Source of the DNA: Candidatus Krumholzibacteriia bacterium
Lineage (GTDB): Bacteria > Krumholzibacteriota > Krumholzibacteriia > LZORAL124-64-63
Assembly (NCBI GenBank): GCA_036351155.1
Contig: JAZBOO010000099.1
Span: 11,636-75,635 of the forward strand
Length of the DNA stretch: 64,000 nt
Reading direction: 5' to 3'
The notes beneath the pieces are model-generated. The model was not told the DNA's origin, did no database searches, and saw nothing but the letters and a program-made list of their open reading frames with translations. Shown piece after piece: positions 27,440 through 39,124 of this stretch (the first letter of the stretch is position 1; each line of letters begins with the position of its first letter). Made by a program: the position numbers and the translations under genes.

Positions 27440-28807
27440 TCAAACCACCAGCAGTTTCATGTACTGACCCACATCGGGACAGGTGTCGAAATCCCAGGTG
27501 GCCTGGATGATGGCATCCTGACGAGCGGTGTCCAGCACCCCGGAACAGTTGGCCCGGAACTTGGCCACCAGCTCATCGTCACTCAGGGGATTCTGGGGGC
27601 TGCCCTTCGCGTGGTCCACGACCTCCACGAACTGTCGACCGTCATTGGTGTCGATGGTCGCGATGGCCCGCTTGGTGCCGGGGAACATGTCGTCGATCTC
27701 GTCGTTGGCCACCACTTCGATCTTGCCCAGCAAGGTGCGGATGCGGGGATCGAACAGCTTCTCATCGCTGAAGCTGCTGGGGTAAACACCGCCATCGGCC
27801 GCCGCAGCCGCCAGACAGTAAGGCAAGCTGTGGTCGGCCGTTTCCTTGGTCTGGGGATCGTACTTGGTGGGGTCGCTCAGGATGTCCGCGCCCCGGGCCG
27901 TGGTCTGGATGTGGATCTTTTTCAGGTCCTCGGCCACCAGCCCGTTCTTCTGCATGATGTTCAACACCGCGCTCATGGGCTGATGGGTGAGCGCCTCGGT
28001 GGGGAACGCCTTGTACCCGCAGTCGGTGATCATGAACCGCGTGCCCAGACCATCCAGCAGGACCTCGGGCAGCAGCTTCACGTTGTGCAGAACGTGCTGG
28101 AAGCCCTCCTTGCCCTCGATGACCTCCACGGGGCCCTCGTATCCTTCGCGAGCCATCATGGCCGCCAGCACGCCCGCCTGGGTGGCCAGAGGATCGGCGG
28201 TGTTCTTCATGTTGGTCAAATGGCCGGCCACCACGCCCCCCAGAGTGTAGTGACTGCTGCCGCTGATGCCCGCGGCGGCCACCATCTGGTCGGTGTTCAG
28301 CCCGTAGATCCGGCCGGCCACGAAGGGGCTGACCAGCTGGGTCAAGGTGGCGTGGTGCCAGCCCACCTCACGTACACCGGGGAAGCAGGCCAGACACCAG
28401 CGCAGCTCCAGCTCGTAGGCGATCATGATGGCCACCAGGGTTTCACGCCCGTCCTTCTTCAGGGCCTCCGCCGGGCTGATGGCCCCGAAGATGATATCCG
28501 AGGGATGGCTCGGGTCCTGCTCCCAGAAGATGTCGTTGTAATCCAGGGCCCTGACCAGCAGCGAGTTCATCAACGCCGCGTTGGGCGCATTGGTCCGGTG
28601 GCCGTTGCCGATCAAGGTGGACTCGGGCACGCCACCCAGCTTCTCGGTGAAGCGGTACATGGCGGCCATATCCTCGTTGCCCACCGCGGCCATGGCGCAT
28701 CCCACGCTGTCCAGCAGGAATCGCTTGGCTTCCTTGAGAGAGACGGCAGGAATGTCTTCATACTTGAGATTGATGGCGAATTCGGCCATTTGACGGGTCA
28801 AGCTCAT
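27440..28807 (-). CDS. prpD: MmgE/PrpD-family protein (2-methylcitrate dehydratase-like)
   Basis: RALDYND, SHPSD, KAFPTE, TKETADHSLPY, KGSP.NPLS motifs. Confidence 0.85.
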   Translation of the reverse strand: MSLTRQMAEFAINLKYEDIPAVSLKEAKRFLLDSVGCAMAAVGNEDMAAMYRFTEKLGGVPESTLIGNGHRTNAPNAALMNSLLVRALDYNDIFWEQDPSHPSDIIFGAISPAEALKKDGRETLVAIMIAYELELRWCLACFPGVREVGWHHATLTQLVSPFVAGRIYGLNTDQMVAAAGISGSSHYTLGGVVAGHLTNMKNTADPLATQAGVLAAMMAREGYEGPVEVIEGKEGFQHVLHNVKLLPEVLLDGLGTRFMITDCGYKAFPTEALTHQPMSAVLNIMQKNGLVAEDLKKIHIQTTARGADILSDPTKYDPQTKETADHSLPYCLAAAAADGGVYPSSFSDEKLFDPRIRTLLGKIEVVANDEIDDMFPGTKRAIATIDTNDGRQFVEVVDHAKGSPQNPLSDDELVAKFRANCSGVLDTARQDAIIQATWDFDTCPDVGQYMKLLVV

Positions 28808-28971
28808 GATCGTTTAGCCTTTGCTGACGGTGAATGGGAAGGCCCCGGGTTCCTGATAGATGCCGACAGGATATAGAACCCCTCCCACCTTGGCCATAAA
28901 AAAGCCGACCGAAGTCCTGGGGCGTGGTAGCATGCCGTGTCCTTCCTTTTCCGACTTCCGAAAGGCACTTC

Positions 28972-29844
28972 ATGACCCGGACCGCCTACCTCATTGACGG
29001 CATGGCCTATGTTTTCCGCAGCTTCTTTGGCATGCGCCCCATGTCATCCCCTGACGGCACCCCCATCAACGCCGTCTTCGGCCTGGGCATGACCTTGCAG
29101 CGCTTTCTGCATGAGCACCAGCCAGAGCTGGTGGGCTGCTGTTTCGACGCCGGAAGTCAGACCTTTCGGAACACCATCTACCCCGACTACAAGGCCAACC
29201 GCGGCGCCCCGCCCGAGGAGTTGATCCCCCAGTTCGACATTTGCCGCGAGCTGGTGGCCAAGATGGGCATTGCCACCTTCACCCACCCCGGCTGGGAAGC
29301 CGACGATCTGATCGCCACCTGGACCCGGCTACTGGTGGACACCGGGCACGAAGTGGTGATCGTGACCGGTGACAAGGACCTGGCCCAGCTGATCTGCCCG
29401 CAGGTCAAGATCTACGATCTGGCCCGCGACGACTGGTGGGACGAGGAAAGAGTCCCCCTGAAGATGGGCGTGACCGCCGACAAGGTGTGTGACCTGCTGG
29501 CCCTGACCGGCGATGCGGTGGACAATATCCCCGGTGTCCGAGGAATCGGCCCCAAGGCCGCCACGGCGTTGCTGGAGAATTTCCGGGATCTGGATGACAT
29601 CTACGCGAACCTGGAGGGTGTGGGTGAGCTGCCCATCAGAGGCGCCAAGGGCTTGCGCAAGAAGCTCGAAGATGGGCAGGACAATGCCCGGTTGAGTCGA
29701 CAGCTGGTCCAGCTCGACCATGAGGCCCCTTGCCAGGGTCAGGCCGCAGATCTGGCCTATTCAGGAGCCGACAGCTCCGACCTGGAGGCCTTTGCCGATC
29801 TCTGGGGTCTGGGCCGGGTGGCCAGCAGGATTCCGCGGCGTTAG
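28972..29844 (+). CDS. Stand-alone 5'-3' exonuclease/flap endonuclease (PolI N-terminal-like)
   Basis: LIDG, YKANR, EADD, GDKDL, GDAVDNIPGV.GIGPK motifs; no polymerase domain. Confidence 0.92.
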   Translation: MTRTAYLIDGMAYVFRSFFGMRPMSSPDGTPINAVFGLGMTLQRFLHEHQPELVGCCFDAGSQTFRNTIYPDYKANRGAPPEELIPQFDICRELVAKMGIATFTHPGWEADDLIATWTRLLVDTGHEVVIVTGDKDLAQLICPQVKIYDLARDDWWDEERVPLKMGVTADKVCDLLALTGDAVDNIPGVRGIGPKAATALLENFRDLDDIYANLEGVGELPIRGAKGLRKKLEDGQDNARLSRQLVQLDHEAPCQGQAADLAYSGADSSDLEAFADLWGLGRVASRIPRR

Positions 29845-31214
29845 CCTTGCCGGTAAATACTCAGGCCCTTGATGTTCACGAACTCCCGCAGTCCAAAATG
29901 GGACAGCTCCCGGCCCAGGCCGCTTTTCTTGATGCCCCCGAAAGGCATGCGCGGATCGCTCTTGACGATGCTGTTGACGAAGGCCGTGCCCACCTCCAGC
30001 TGACGGGCCACTCTCTCTCCCCTTTCCAGATCGGCCGTCCACACACTGCCGCCGAGGCCGAACTCGGAAGCGTTCGCCACGGCGACGGCCTCGGCTTCAT
30101 CTTCCACCACGATGATCGGGGCGATGGGGCCGAACACCTCTTCCCGCACAATCCTCATGTCCGCGCTGGTGTTGCCGACCACCGTGGGCGGAAAAAAGCA
30201 CCCTGGTCGATTCAAACGCGCCCCGCCACACAGAACCTGACCGCCTCTGGCCACGGCATCGTCCAGCTGTTCTTGCAGGGTGGCCATCTCCTGCTCGTTG
30301 ACCACCGCCCCGATCTGGTTGTCGGGGTTCAGAGGGTCGCCCACCTTCAATGCGCCCATCAACCCGGCAAACCGCTCGGAAAAAGCTCCGGCCACTTCCC
30401 GGACCACGATGAAGCGCTTGGCCGCGATACAGCTTTGCCCGGTGCACAGCGTGCGTCCGGTCACCGCGCCACGGGCGGCAAATTCGATGTCCGCATCCTC
30501 CAGGACGATGAACGGGTCGCTGCCCCCCAGCTCCAGCACCACCTTTTTCAAGTGGCGGCCGGCCAGCTCGGCCATCCGTTGTCCCACCGCGGTGGATCCG
30601 GTCAGCGAGACACCCTGGATCTCGTCGCGACCGATCACCTCGGCCACCGTCTGATGATCGGCCAGGATGGTCCGGAAAACATGGGAAGGGAATCCCGCCT
30701 CGGCGAAGGCGCTTTCGATGGCCAGGGCGCAGCCGGTCACGTTGCTGGCGTGCTTGAGGATGCTGGTGTTGCCCGCCGCCAGGGTGGGCACGGCGAAGCG
30801 CAGGGCCTGCCAGAACGGATAGTTCCAGGGCATGACCGAGAGCACCACGCCCAGCGGCTGATAGGTCACCCGGTGCCACAGGCCATCGGCCTCGACCTGC
30901 TCGTCCTCGAGCCAGCCGGGAGCGTGCTCGGCGTAGAACTCACATAGCCAGGCGCACTTTTCCACCTCGGCCCGGGCCTCAGCGATGGGCTTGCCCATCT
31001 CCCGGGTCATCAGGCGGGCATAGGAGTCGGTCTGCATGCGCAGCACCCGGGCCAGATTCCCCACCAGCTGGGCCCGCTCCTGCGCCGGGATCTGACGCCA
31101 GGATTGATAGGCCTGATGCGCCTGTTCCACCACCTGGAACACGGCCGGCGGCGGCATGACGTCATAGGTGGCGAGAGTTTCTCCGGTGGCGGGATTGGTG
31201 GTGACGATTTCCAT
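29841..31214 (-). CDS. NAD(P)-dependent succinate-semialdehyde dehydrogenase-like aldehyde dehydrogenase
   Basis: MPWNYPFWQ, LTGS, LELGGSDP, GQSCIAAKR, EEVFGP, PFGGIK.SG motifs. Confidence 0.9.
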   Translation of the reverse strand: MEIVTTNPATGETLATYDVMPPPAVFQVVEQAHQAYQSWRQIPAQERAQLVGNLARVLRMQTDSYARLMTREMGKPIAEARAEVEKCAWLCEFYAEHAPGWLEDEQVEADGLWHRVTYQPLGVVLSVMPWNYPFWQALRFAVPTLAAGNTSILKHASNVTGCALAIESAFAEAGFPSHVFRTILADHQTVAEVIGRDEIQGVSLTGSTAVGQRMAELAGRHLKKVVLELGGSDPFIVLEDADIEFAARGAVTGRTLCTGQSCIAAKRFIVVREVAGAFSERFAGLMGALKVGDPLNPDNQIGAVVNEQEMATLQEQLDDAVARGGQVLCGGARLNRPGCFFPPTVVGNTSADMRIVREEVFGPIAPIIVVEDEAEAVAVANASEFGLGGSVWTADLERGERVARQLEVGTAFVNSIVKSDPRMPFGGIKKSGLGRELSHFGLREFVNIKGLSIYRQG

Positions 31215-31241
31215 GGCACTCTCCCTGGCTGGACCAAACAG

Positions 31242-31266
31242 AAAAGGCCGGGCCTGAGGCCCGGCC
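31242..31266 (-). terminator. Rho-independent terminator after nuoN
   Basis: Minus strand ggccgggcc-tca-ggcccggcc followed by tttt. Confidence 0.7.
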
Positions 31267-31285
31267 CACCATCACATTCTCGTCT

Positions 31286-32799
31286 TTAAAAAGTGATCCC
31301 CAGGAACACCCGCGCCGCCGCCTGATAGAAGGCTTGCGGCTGGACGCCCATGTAGATCACCAGCAGGATCAACACCGAGGAGGTGACCACGGACACCCAC
31401 TCCGTGCCATGGTAGCTGTCCTCTTCGGCGGGCTTCATGTACATGACCACGATGACCCGCAGGTAATAATAGACCGAGATCAGAGAGTTGATCACACCCA
31501 GGATGGCCAGGGGAATCAAGCCCGCGCGCACCACGGCCTCGAACAGGTAGAACTTGCCCATGAACCCGACGAAGGGTGGAATCCCCGCCAGCGACAGCAT
31601 GGCCACGGCCATGGAAGCGGCGGCCATGGGGCGGGTACGGCTCAGACCGGCATACCGGTTGATGTCCTCACCCTCCTCTCCCTTGTTGTGGCTGAGGATG
31701 TTGACCAGTCCGAAGGCGGCCAGGTTCATCAAGCTGTACCCGACCAGGTAGAAAAGAATGGCCGCACCCGAGGAGATCCCGATCTCCTTGGCCCGCATCA
31801 TCATGTCGGAACCGCCGGTGGCCGGCGAGATCATGGCCAGCACACCCAGCAACAGATACCCGGCGTGGGCAATGCTGGACCAGGCCAGCATGCGCTTGAT
31901 GTTGTTCTGAGCCAGGGCCACCAGGTTGCCGGTGAACATGGTCAAAACGGCAAACACCGACAGCACGGGAAACCAGGCGAAGGCCAGCTGGGGCTGCATC
32001 AGGATGGCGAAGCGTACCAGGATGGCAAAGCCCGCCGCCTTGATGGCTGTGGCCATGAAGCCGGTCACGTAGGCCGGGGCGCCATCGTACACATCGGGCG
32101 TCCACATGTGGAAGGGCACCATGGCCACCTTGAACCCGAAGCCCACCAGCATCAGAGCGCTGCCCAGTCCCACCAGCAGAACATCTATTTCCCCGGCGTC
32201 CAGGGCGGTGGCGATGGCATTGAAGCCCGTGCCACCGGCAAACCCGTACAGCAGAGCCATGCCCATGAGCAGGAAGGCCGAGCTGAAGCCCCCGAGGATC
32301 AGATACTTGAAGCCTGCCTCGCTGCTGCGGATGTTGCCGCGCACTCCACCGACCAGGATGTAAGTGGCCAGACTCATGGTTTCCAGCCCCAGGAACAGCG
32401 TCATCAGATCGTTCGCCGCCGCCAGAACCATCATGCCCAGAATGGTGAACAGGATCAGGGGATAGAACTCGGGCCGGTAGTCGCCCTCCCGGTCGTACAC
32501 CCCGGTGGCGAAGATGATCGTCATCACGCCGATCCCGCAGAACAGGAAGTTGAAGAAGCGGGTGAAATCACTGGTGATCATCATCCCGTTCAGCAGCTGA
32601 GTGTCGGACTGGTCGCCGATGATCTGGACCACCACCGCCCCGATGAGGACGAACATGGCCAGGTAGGACAGATGGTCCTTCTTGAGTGTGCGGACAAAAG
32701 CGTCCACGAGCATGATCAGCAGACCGCCCCCCGCCACGATCAGGTAGGGCAACAGGGGCCCGACCTGGGATCCAAGCTGGGGAATGAGAATATCGTTCA

Positions 32800-32800
<1 letters not shown>
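31286..32800 (-). CDS. nuoN: NADH-quinone oxidoreductase subunit N
   Basis: EAGFKY, GFKVAMVPFHMWTPDVY, KRMLAWSSIAH. Start MNDIL overlaps the nuoM stop. Confidence 0.95.
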
Positions 32801-34377
<1,577 letters not shown>

Positions 34378-34389
34378 ACCAGCGCCCTC

Positions 34390-36417
34390 CTAGCCCGAGA
34401 AACTGAGGTAAAGAACGTAAACCGTCACACCGATGGTGAACGACCAGGCGTAAAAACGAATCATCCCGTTCTGGAAGATCCTGATGACCGAACCAAAAAT
34501 GGCCACGGTCAGCGCGGAGCCGTTGACCAGCAGACCATCGATCAATCCCGCATCGATCCCCTTCCACAGGACATTCTTGCTGAAGGCAAAGCCGGGACGG
34601 ATGAAGGCGCCGTCGTAGGCCTCGTCGACGTAGTACTTGTTCAGCAGAATGCGGTGTAGCCAGCCTCCGCCCAGATTGCGGACGCTTTCGGCCACATCGG
34701 TCTTTTTCATGTACACGAAGTAACCGAGAGCAAGGCCCAGCAGGCCCCACAGCAGGCTGGCGCCTGCGAGGATCCACTCCATGGTGGTGTCGTGCCCTGC
34801 GGCGTGAGCCGTCTCATGGACCGCGGCGGCACCGTGACCGGCCGCCTGGACCACATCGTGGGCCCCGTGGGCCGCCGCTCCGTGCGCGGAGGCAAACACC
34901 GGTTCCAGCCAGGCTTCGAACCAGTTGGCGCCCCCCATGAAGTGAGGCCAGCCAATCCAGCCACCGACCACCGACAGCACCGCCAGGATCACCAGCGGCA
35001 TGGTCATGGTCCAGGGCGACTCGTGAATGTGGCTCTGCACCTCGGGAGTGGCTCGGTTCTGACCGAAGAAGGTCAGGACCACCAGGCGCATCATGTAGAA
35101 GGCGGTCATGCCGGCCGCCAGGAAACCGATGACCCAGGGCAACACCCCTCCCCCGGCGCTGCTGAAGGTTTTCCACAGGATTTCATCCTTGCTGAAGAAC
35201 CCGGCCAGAGGAAACACCCCGGCGATGGCGAAGGTGCCGGCCAGGAAGGTCCAGAAGGTGACAGGCAGTTTCTTGCGCAGCCCGCCCATGACCCGCATGT
35301 CCTGCTCGTTGCTCATGGCGTGGATCACCGATCCGCTCCCCAGGAACAGCAGGGCCTTGAAGAAGGCGTGGGTCATGACGTGGAAGATCCCCGCGGCAAA
35401 CGCCCCCACCCCGCAGGCGAGCATCATGTAGCCCAGCTGCGAGACGGTGGAATAGGCCAGGACCTTCTTGATGTCGTTCTGGGTCAGGGCGATGGTCGAC
35501 GCAAAGAATGCCGTGGCCACCCCGATGGCAGCAACCACCGCCATGGCGGTGGGGGTCAGCACGAACAGGAAGTTCATGCGGGCGACCATGTACACACCTG
35601 CGGTGACCATGGTGGCCGCGTGGATCAGGGCGCTGACGGGGGTCGGACCGGCCATGGCATCGGGCAGCCAGATGTACAGCGGGATCTGGGCCGACTTGCC
35701 GGTGGCTCCCACGAAAAGCAGGAGGCAGATGGCCGTGGCCGCAGGGGCCAGGAAATTCACGTGGTGCTGCATGGTCTGGAAGCTGAAGACGCCCTCGCTG
35801 CCGTCCATGTGGGGCAGCAGGTGCACGCCGATCAGGAAGATGCCCAGCAGGAACCCGAAGTCACCCACCCGGTTGACGATGAAGGCTTTCTTGCCGGCGG
35901 CGGCATTGGCCTCGTCGGTGAACCAGAAAGCAATCAGCAGATATGAGCAGAGCCCCACACCTTCCCAGCCCACGAACAGCATCAGCAGGTTTTCGCCCAG
36001 CACCAGGGTCATCATGGCAAAGATGAACAGGTTCAGATACGTGAAGAATCTCTGGAAACCGGCATCATGCGCCATGTAGCCCAGGGAATAGATGTGGATC
36101 AGAAAGCCCACCCCGGTCACGACCAGGGCCATGACGCCACTCAGCGGATCCATGGCAAAGGCCAGGTCCACGCGGAACGAGCCCAGGCTCATCCAGGTGG
36201 CCACCGTGTCGGACACGAACCGGGCCTCGACGGGCATGTTGGTCAGCCGCAGGAAAACCACCACGGACATGACGAAGGACACACCGACCGCAGCGCAGGC
36301 CAGCAGCCCCGCCGCCTGCCTGGGCAGACGTCGGTTGAGCAGGCCGTTGAGCGCGGCCCCCAACAGGGGCACCAGCACGATCCATCTCAACAGGATTTCA
36401 GTTGCGTGGTTCTCCAC
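34390..36417 (-). CDS. nuoL: NADH-quinone oxidoreductase subunit L
   Basis: GWEGVGLCSY, WLPDAMAGPTPVSALIHAATMV, THAFFKALLFL. Confidence 0.96.
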   Translation of the reverse strand: MENHATEILLRWIVLVPLLGAALNGLLNRRLPRQAAGLLACAAVGVSFVMSVVVFLRLTNMPVEARFVSDTVATWMSLGSFRVDLAFAMDPLSGVMALVVTGVGFLIHIYSLGYMAHDAGFQRFFTYLNLFIFAMMTLVLGENLLMLFVGWEGVGLCSYLLIAFWFTDEANAAAGKKAFIVNRVGDFGFLLGIFLIGVHLLPHMDGSEGVFSFQTMQHHVNFLAPAATAICLLLFVGATGKSAQIPLYIWLPDAMAGPTPVSALIHAATMVTAGVYMVARMNFLFVLTPTAMAVVAAIGVATAFFASTIALTQNDIKKVLAYSTVSQLGYMMLACGVGAFAAGIFHVMTHAFFKALLFLGSGSVIHAMSNEQDMRVMGGLRKKLPVTFWTFLAGTFAIAGVFPLAGFFSKDEILWKTFSSAGGGVLPWVIGFLAAGMTAFYMMRLVVLTFFGQNRATPEVQSHIHESPWTMTMPLVILAVLSVVGGWIGWPHFMGGANWFEAWLEPVFASAHGAAAHGAHDVVQAAGHGAAAVHETAHAAGHDTTMEWILAGASLLWGLLGLALGYFVYMKKTDVAESVRNLGGGWLHRILLNKYYVDEAYDGAFIRPGFAFSKNVLWKGIDAGLIDGLLVNGSALTVAIFGSVIRIFQNGMIRFYAWSFTIGVTVYVLYLSFSG

Positions 36418-36421
36418 TGCA

Positions 36422-36727
36422 CTACTCCATCAGGGCTTTGAGGTCATCGACGTTCACGGTGCGGCGACGGCGGAAAATCTCCACCAGGATGGCCAGACCG
36501 ATGGCTGCCTCGGCGGCGGCGACGGCAAAATTCATCAGCACGAAAACGTGCCCGCCGGCATCACCGTGGTGACGGCTGAAGGCGGCAAAAACGATGTTCA
36601 CCGAGCTGAGCATGAGCTCGACGCACATCATCATGACGATGGCGTTGCGGCGCACGATGAACCCCACCATACCGGTCAGAAAGACGGCGGCGGCCAGCAC
36701 CAGGTAATGAGTCAGGGTTACTTCCAC
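36422..36727 (-). CDS. nuoK: NADH-quinone oxidoreductase subunit K
   Basis: RRNAI...ELML, AAAEAAIGLA. Confidence 0.95.
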   Translation of the reverse strand: MEVTLTHYLVLAAAVFLTGMVGFIVRRNAIVMMMCVELMLSSVNIVFAAFSRHHGDAGGHVFVLMNFAVAAAEAAIGLAILVEIFRRRRTVNVDDLKALME

Positions 36728-37233
36728 GGCAGCTTCCTCTCTCCCTTGCCGATGGCCAGGGCTCCGATGATGGCCACCAGAAGCACGATCGAAATCAGTT
36801 CAAAAGCGAGCAAGTACTTGCCCAGCAACAACCTGGACACCCATTCCGCACTGCCAAATCCTGGCTCGACTGCCTGGGCGAAATGTCGGGTTCCGTTGTT
36901 CTTGATCCAGCCCACCACCATGAGCACCACCGCCAGCGGGGGAATGGCGATCAGGGGCAGCAATCCCTTGTTGAGGGGCTTGCGTTCACCCTCGAGGACC
37001 GGGCCCTGCAGCATCATGATCACGAACAGGAACAGCACCATGATGGCCCCGGCATAGACCAGGATCTGCATGACGGCCAGGAAAGGCGCATTCAGCAGGG
37101 CGAAGATTCCGGCGGCACAGATGAAGGAAAACGCCAACCAGACGGCACCGACCACGGCGCTGCGTTGCGTCACCATCATCACTCCGCCCAGGAACATCAG
37201 AGTTCCCAGGAACCAGAACAGAAAACCTTCCAT
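36718..37233 (-). CDS. nuoJ: NADH-quinone oxidoreductase subunit J
   Basis: QILVYAGAIMVLFLFVIM, FELIS. Confidence 0.95.
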   Translation of the reverse strand: MEGFLFWFLGTLMFLGGVMMVTQRSAVVGAVWLAFSFICAAGIFALLNAPFLAVMQILVYAGAIMVLFLFVIMMLQGPVLEGERKPLNKGLLPLIAIPPLAVVLMVVGWIKNNGTRHFAQAVEPGFGSAEWVSRLLLGKYLLAFELISIVLLVAIIGALAIGKGERKLPWK

Positions 37234-37266
37234 GTCCAGTCCATCCCACTTTCGCTCAGGCGAAAT

Positions 37267-37773
37267 TCAATAGGTCCCGTCGGTCTTGTTGTTCAACAGG
37301 AAGTCCTTGTCGACAATGAATTTTTCGCGGCTGTCCGCGGCGATCTCGTAAATGCCCGTGTCCATGCGGATGGCATCGCAGGGACAGGCTTCCTCACACA
37401 ACCCGCAGTACACGCAGCGCAGCAGGTCGATGACGAAGGTCTCGGGATACTTTTCGATGGCCGGATCCGGATGCTCCGCCCCATCGATGAAGATGCAATC
37501 GGCCGGACACACGGTCGAGCACATCTGGCAGGCCACGCACTTGGGTGTGCCGTCCTCGCGCTGGGTCAACCGGTGACGCCCGCGGAAACGGTCGCTGTAC
37601 ACCCGCTTTTCCTCGGGATACTGCATGGTGGGCATGGCATCGGTGTGGAAGATGTTCCTCACCAGATGGCGCATGGTCACGGCCAGCCCCTTGAAGATCT
37701 CCGGGAAGTACAGGGACTCCAGGAACGAGGTCTTCTTGCTGGTGGCCTCTTTGGGCAGTCCTTCGAAACTCAT
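37267..37773 (-). CDS. nuoI: NADH-quinone oxidoreductase subunit I
   Basis: QYPEE, two CxxCxxCxxxCP ferredoxin motifs; GAGG SD before ATG 37773. Confidence 0.95.
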   Translation of the reverse strand: MSFEGLPKEATSKKTSFLESLYFPEIFKGLAVTMRHLVRNIFHTDAMPTMQYPEEKRVYSDRFRGRHRLTQREDGTPKCVACQMCSTVCPADCIFIDGAEHPDPAIEKYPETFVIDLLRCVYCGLCEEACPCDAIRMDTGIYEIAADSREKFIVDKDFLLNNKTDGTY

Positions 37774-37852
37774 ATCTATCCTCGCATCGCGCAAGTTACC
37801 GCCGGCTCGGCCGGCGTTGTCGGCATTTCAGACCAGATCAAGCCCAGCTGTT

Positions 37853-39124
37853 TCAAATCAAGGCCATCACAATGGCCGTGCCCACCAGGTTGGCAATCCC
37901 CAGGGGCAACATGACCTTCCAGCCCAGGTGCATGAGCTGGTCATAACGGAACCGGGGCAGAGTCCACCTGACCCAGATGAAAAGCCAGGCAAAGAGCACC
38001 ACCTTGAACACGAACATGCCCACCTGGGCCAGGCTGGCAAACAGGGAGGCTCCCACGGGACCAACATTCCAGGGCTGCAGCGTCAAGCACGCCAGGCATC
38101 CCACTCCGATCAGCAGCCAGAGGCCGCCGCCGAGTCCGGGTTCACGATCCCGGGCATCGCCAAACTTTCCTTTTTCGTGCTGAGCGCGGCGGAAGAACAG
38201 AGCCGAGAAGAGCAGGGACACGATGGCCCCGCCGATCAGCTTGGCCGTCAGCAGTGAGCCCGCGTTGGCTTCAAGCACCGCCCGGGGTGCCCAGGGAATC
38301 TGGTAGCCACCGAAATAGAAGGTGGCAATCAAGGCCGCGCCCACCACCATGTGGGCGTACTCGGCCATGAAGAACAGAGCGAATTTCATGGACGAGTATT
38401 CCAGGTGGAATCCGGCCACGATCTCGGACTCCCCTTCGGGCAAATCGAAGGGGTTACGATTGGTTTCTGCGTAAACCGCCGCCAGGAACAGGAAGAATCC
38501 CAGAGGCTGCACCACGATGCCCCACTTGGGAATCACACCCCAGAGCAGTTCCCCTTGACCGGCGGCGATATCGGTCAGCCGCAGGCTGGAAAACACCATC
38601 ACCAGCCCCATCAGGGCCAGTCCCATGGTGATCTCGTAGCTGATCATCTGGGCCGTGGCCCGAATGCCGCCCAGGAAGGTGAACTTGTTGTTGGCCGCCC
38701 AGCCCGCCATGACCACTCCGTAGGTGCCCAGACTGGCGATGGCCAGGATGTACAGCAGGCCCACGTTCAGGTCGGCGATCACCAGGGGAATATCCCGTCC
38801 GCCGATGGTGATGTAGTCCCCGAAGGGAATCACCGTGTAGGTGCTCATGGCCACGACCATGACCAGCCAGGGGGCCAGGTTGTACAGGGCCTTGTGCCGG
38901 TTCGCAGGCTGGATATCCTCCTTGAACAGGAGCTTGAACACATCGGCGATGGGGTGCACCAGACCGGCCAGCCTGACCCCCGCGATGGACGCACGGTTGG
39001 GACCGGTCCGGTCCTGAATGAAGGCGGCGCCCTTCCGTTCCATCCAGATCAGAACCACCACCATGCCCATGATCAGGGCAAACATGAAGCCGATCTTCGA
39101 CAAGGCGTCAAACACGATGGTCAT
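37853..39124 (-). CDS. nuoH: NADH-quinone oxidoreductase subunit H (with an extra TM insertion)
   Basis: ERK..A..QDR.GPN, AQMISYE, PFDLPEGESE, RWTLPRFRYDQ. Confidence 0.95.
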   Translation of the reverse strand: MTIVFDALSKIGFMFALIMGMVVVLIWMERKGAAFIQDRTGPNRASIAGVRLAGLVHPIADVFKLLFKEDIQPANRHKALYNLAPWLVMVVAMSTYTVIPFGDYITIGGRDIPLVIADLNVGLLYILAIASLGTYGVVMAGWAANNKFTFLGGIRATAQMISYEITMGLALMGLVMVFSSLRLTDIAAGQGELLWGVIPKWGIVVQPLGFFLFLAAVYAETNRNPFDLPEGESEIVAGFHLEYSSMKFALFFMAEYAHMVVGAALIATFYFGGYQIPWAPRAVLEANAGSLLTAKLIGGAIVSLLFSALFFRRAQHEKGKFGDARDREPGLGGGLWLLIGVGCLACLTLQPWNVGPVGASLFASLAQVGMFVFKVVLFAWLFIWVRWTLPRFRYDQLMHLGWKVMLPLGIANLVGTAIVMALI

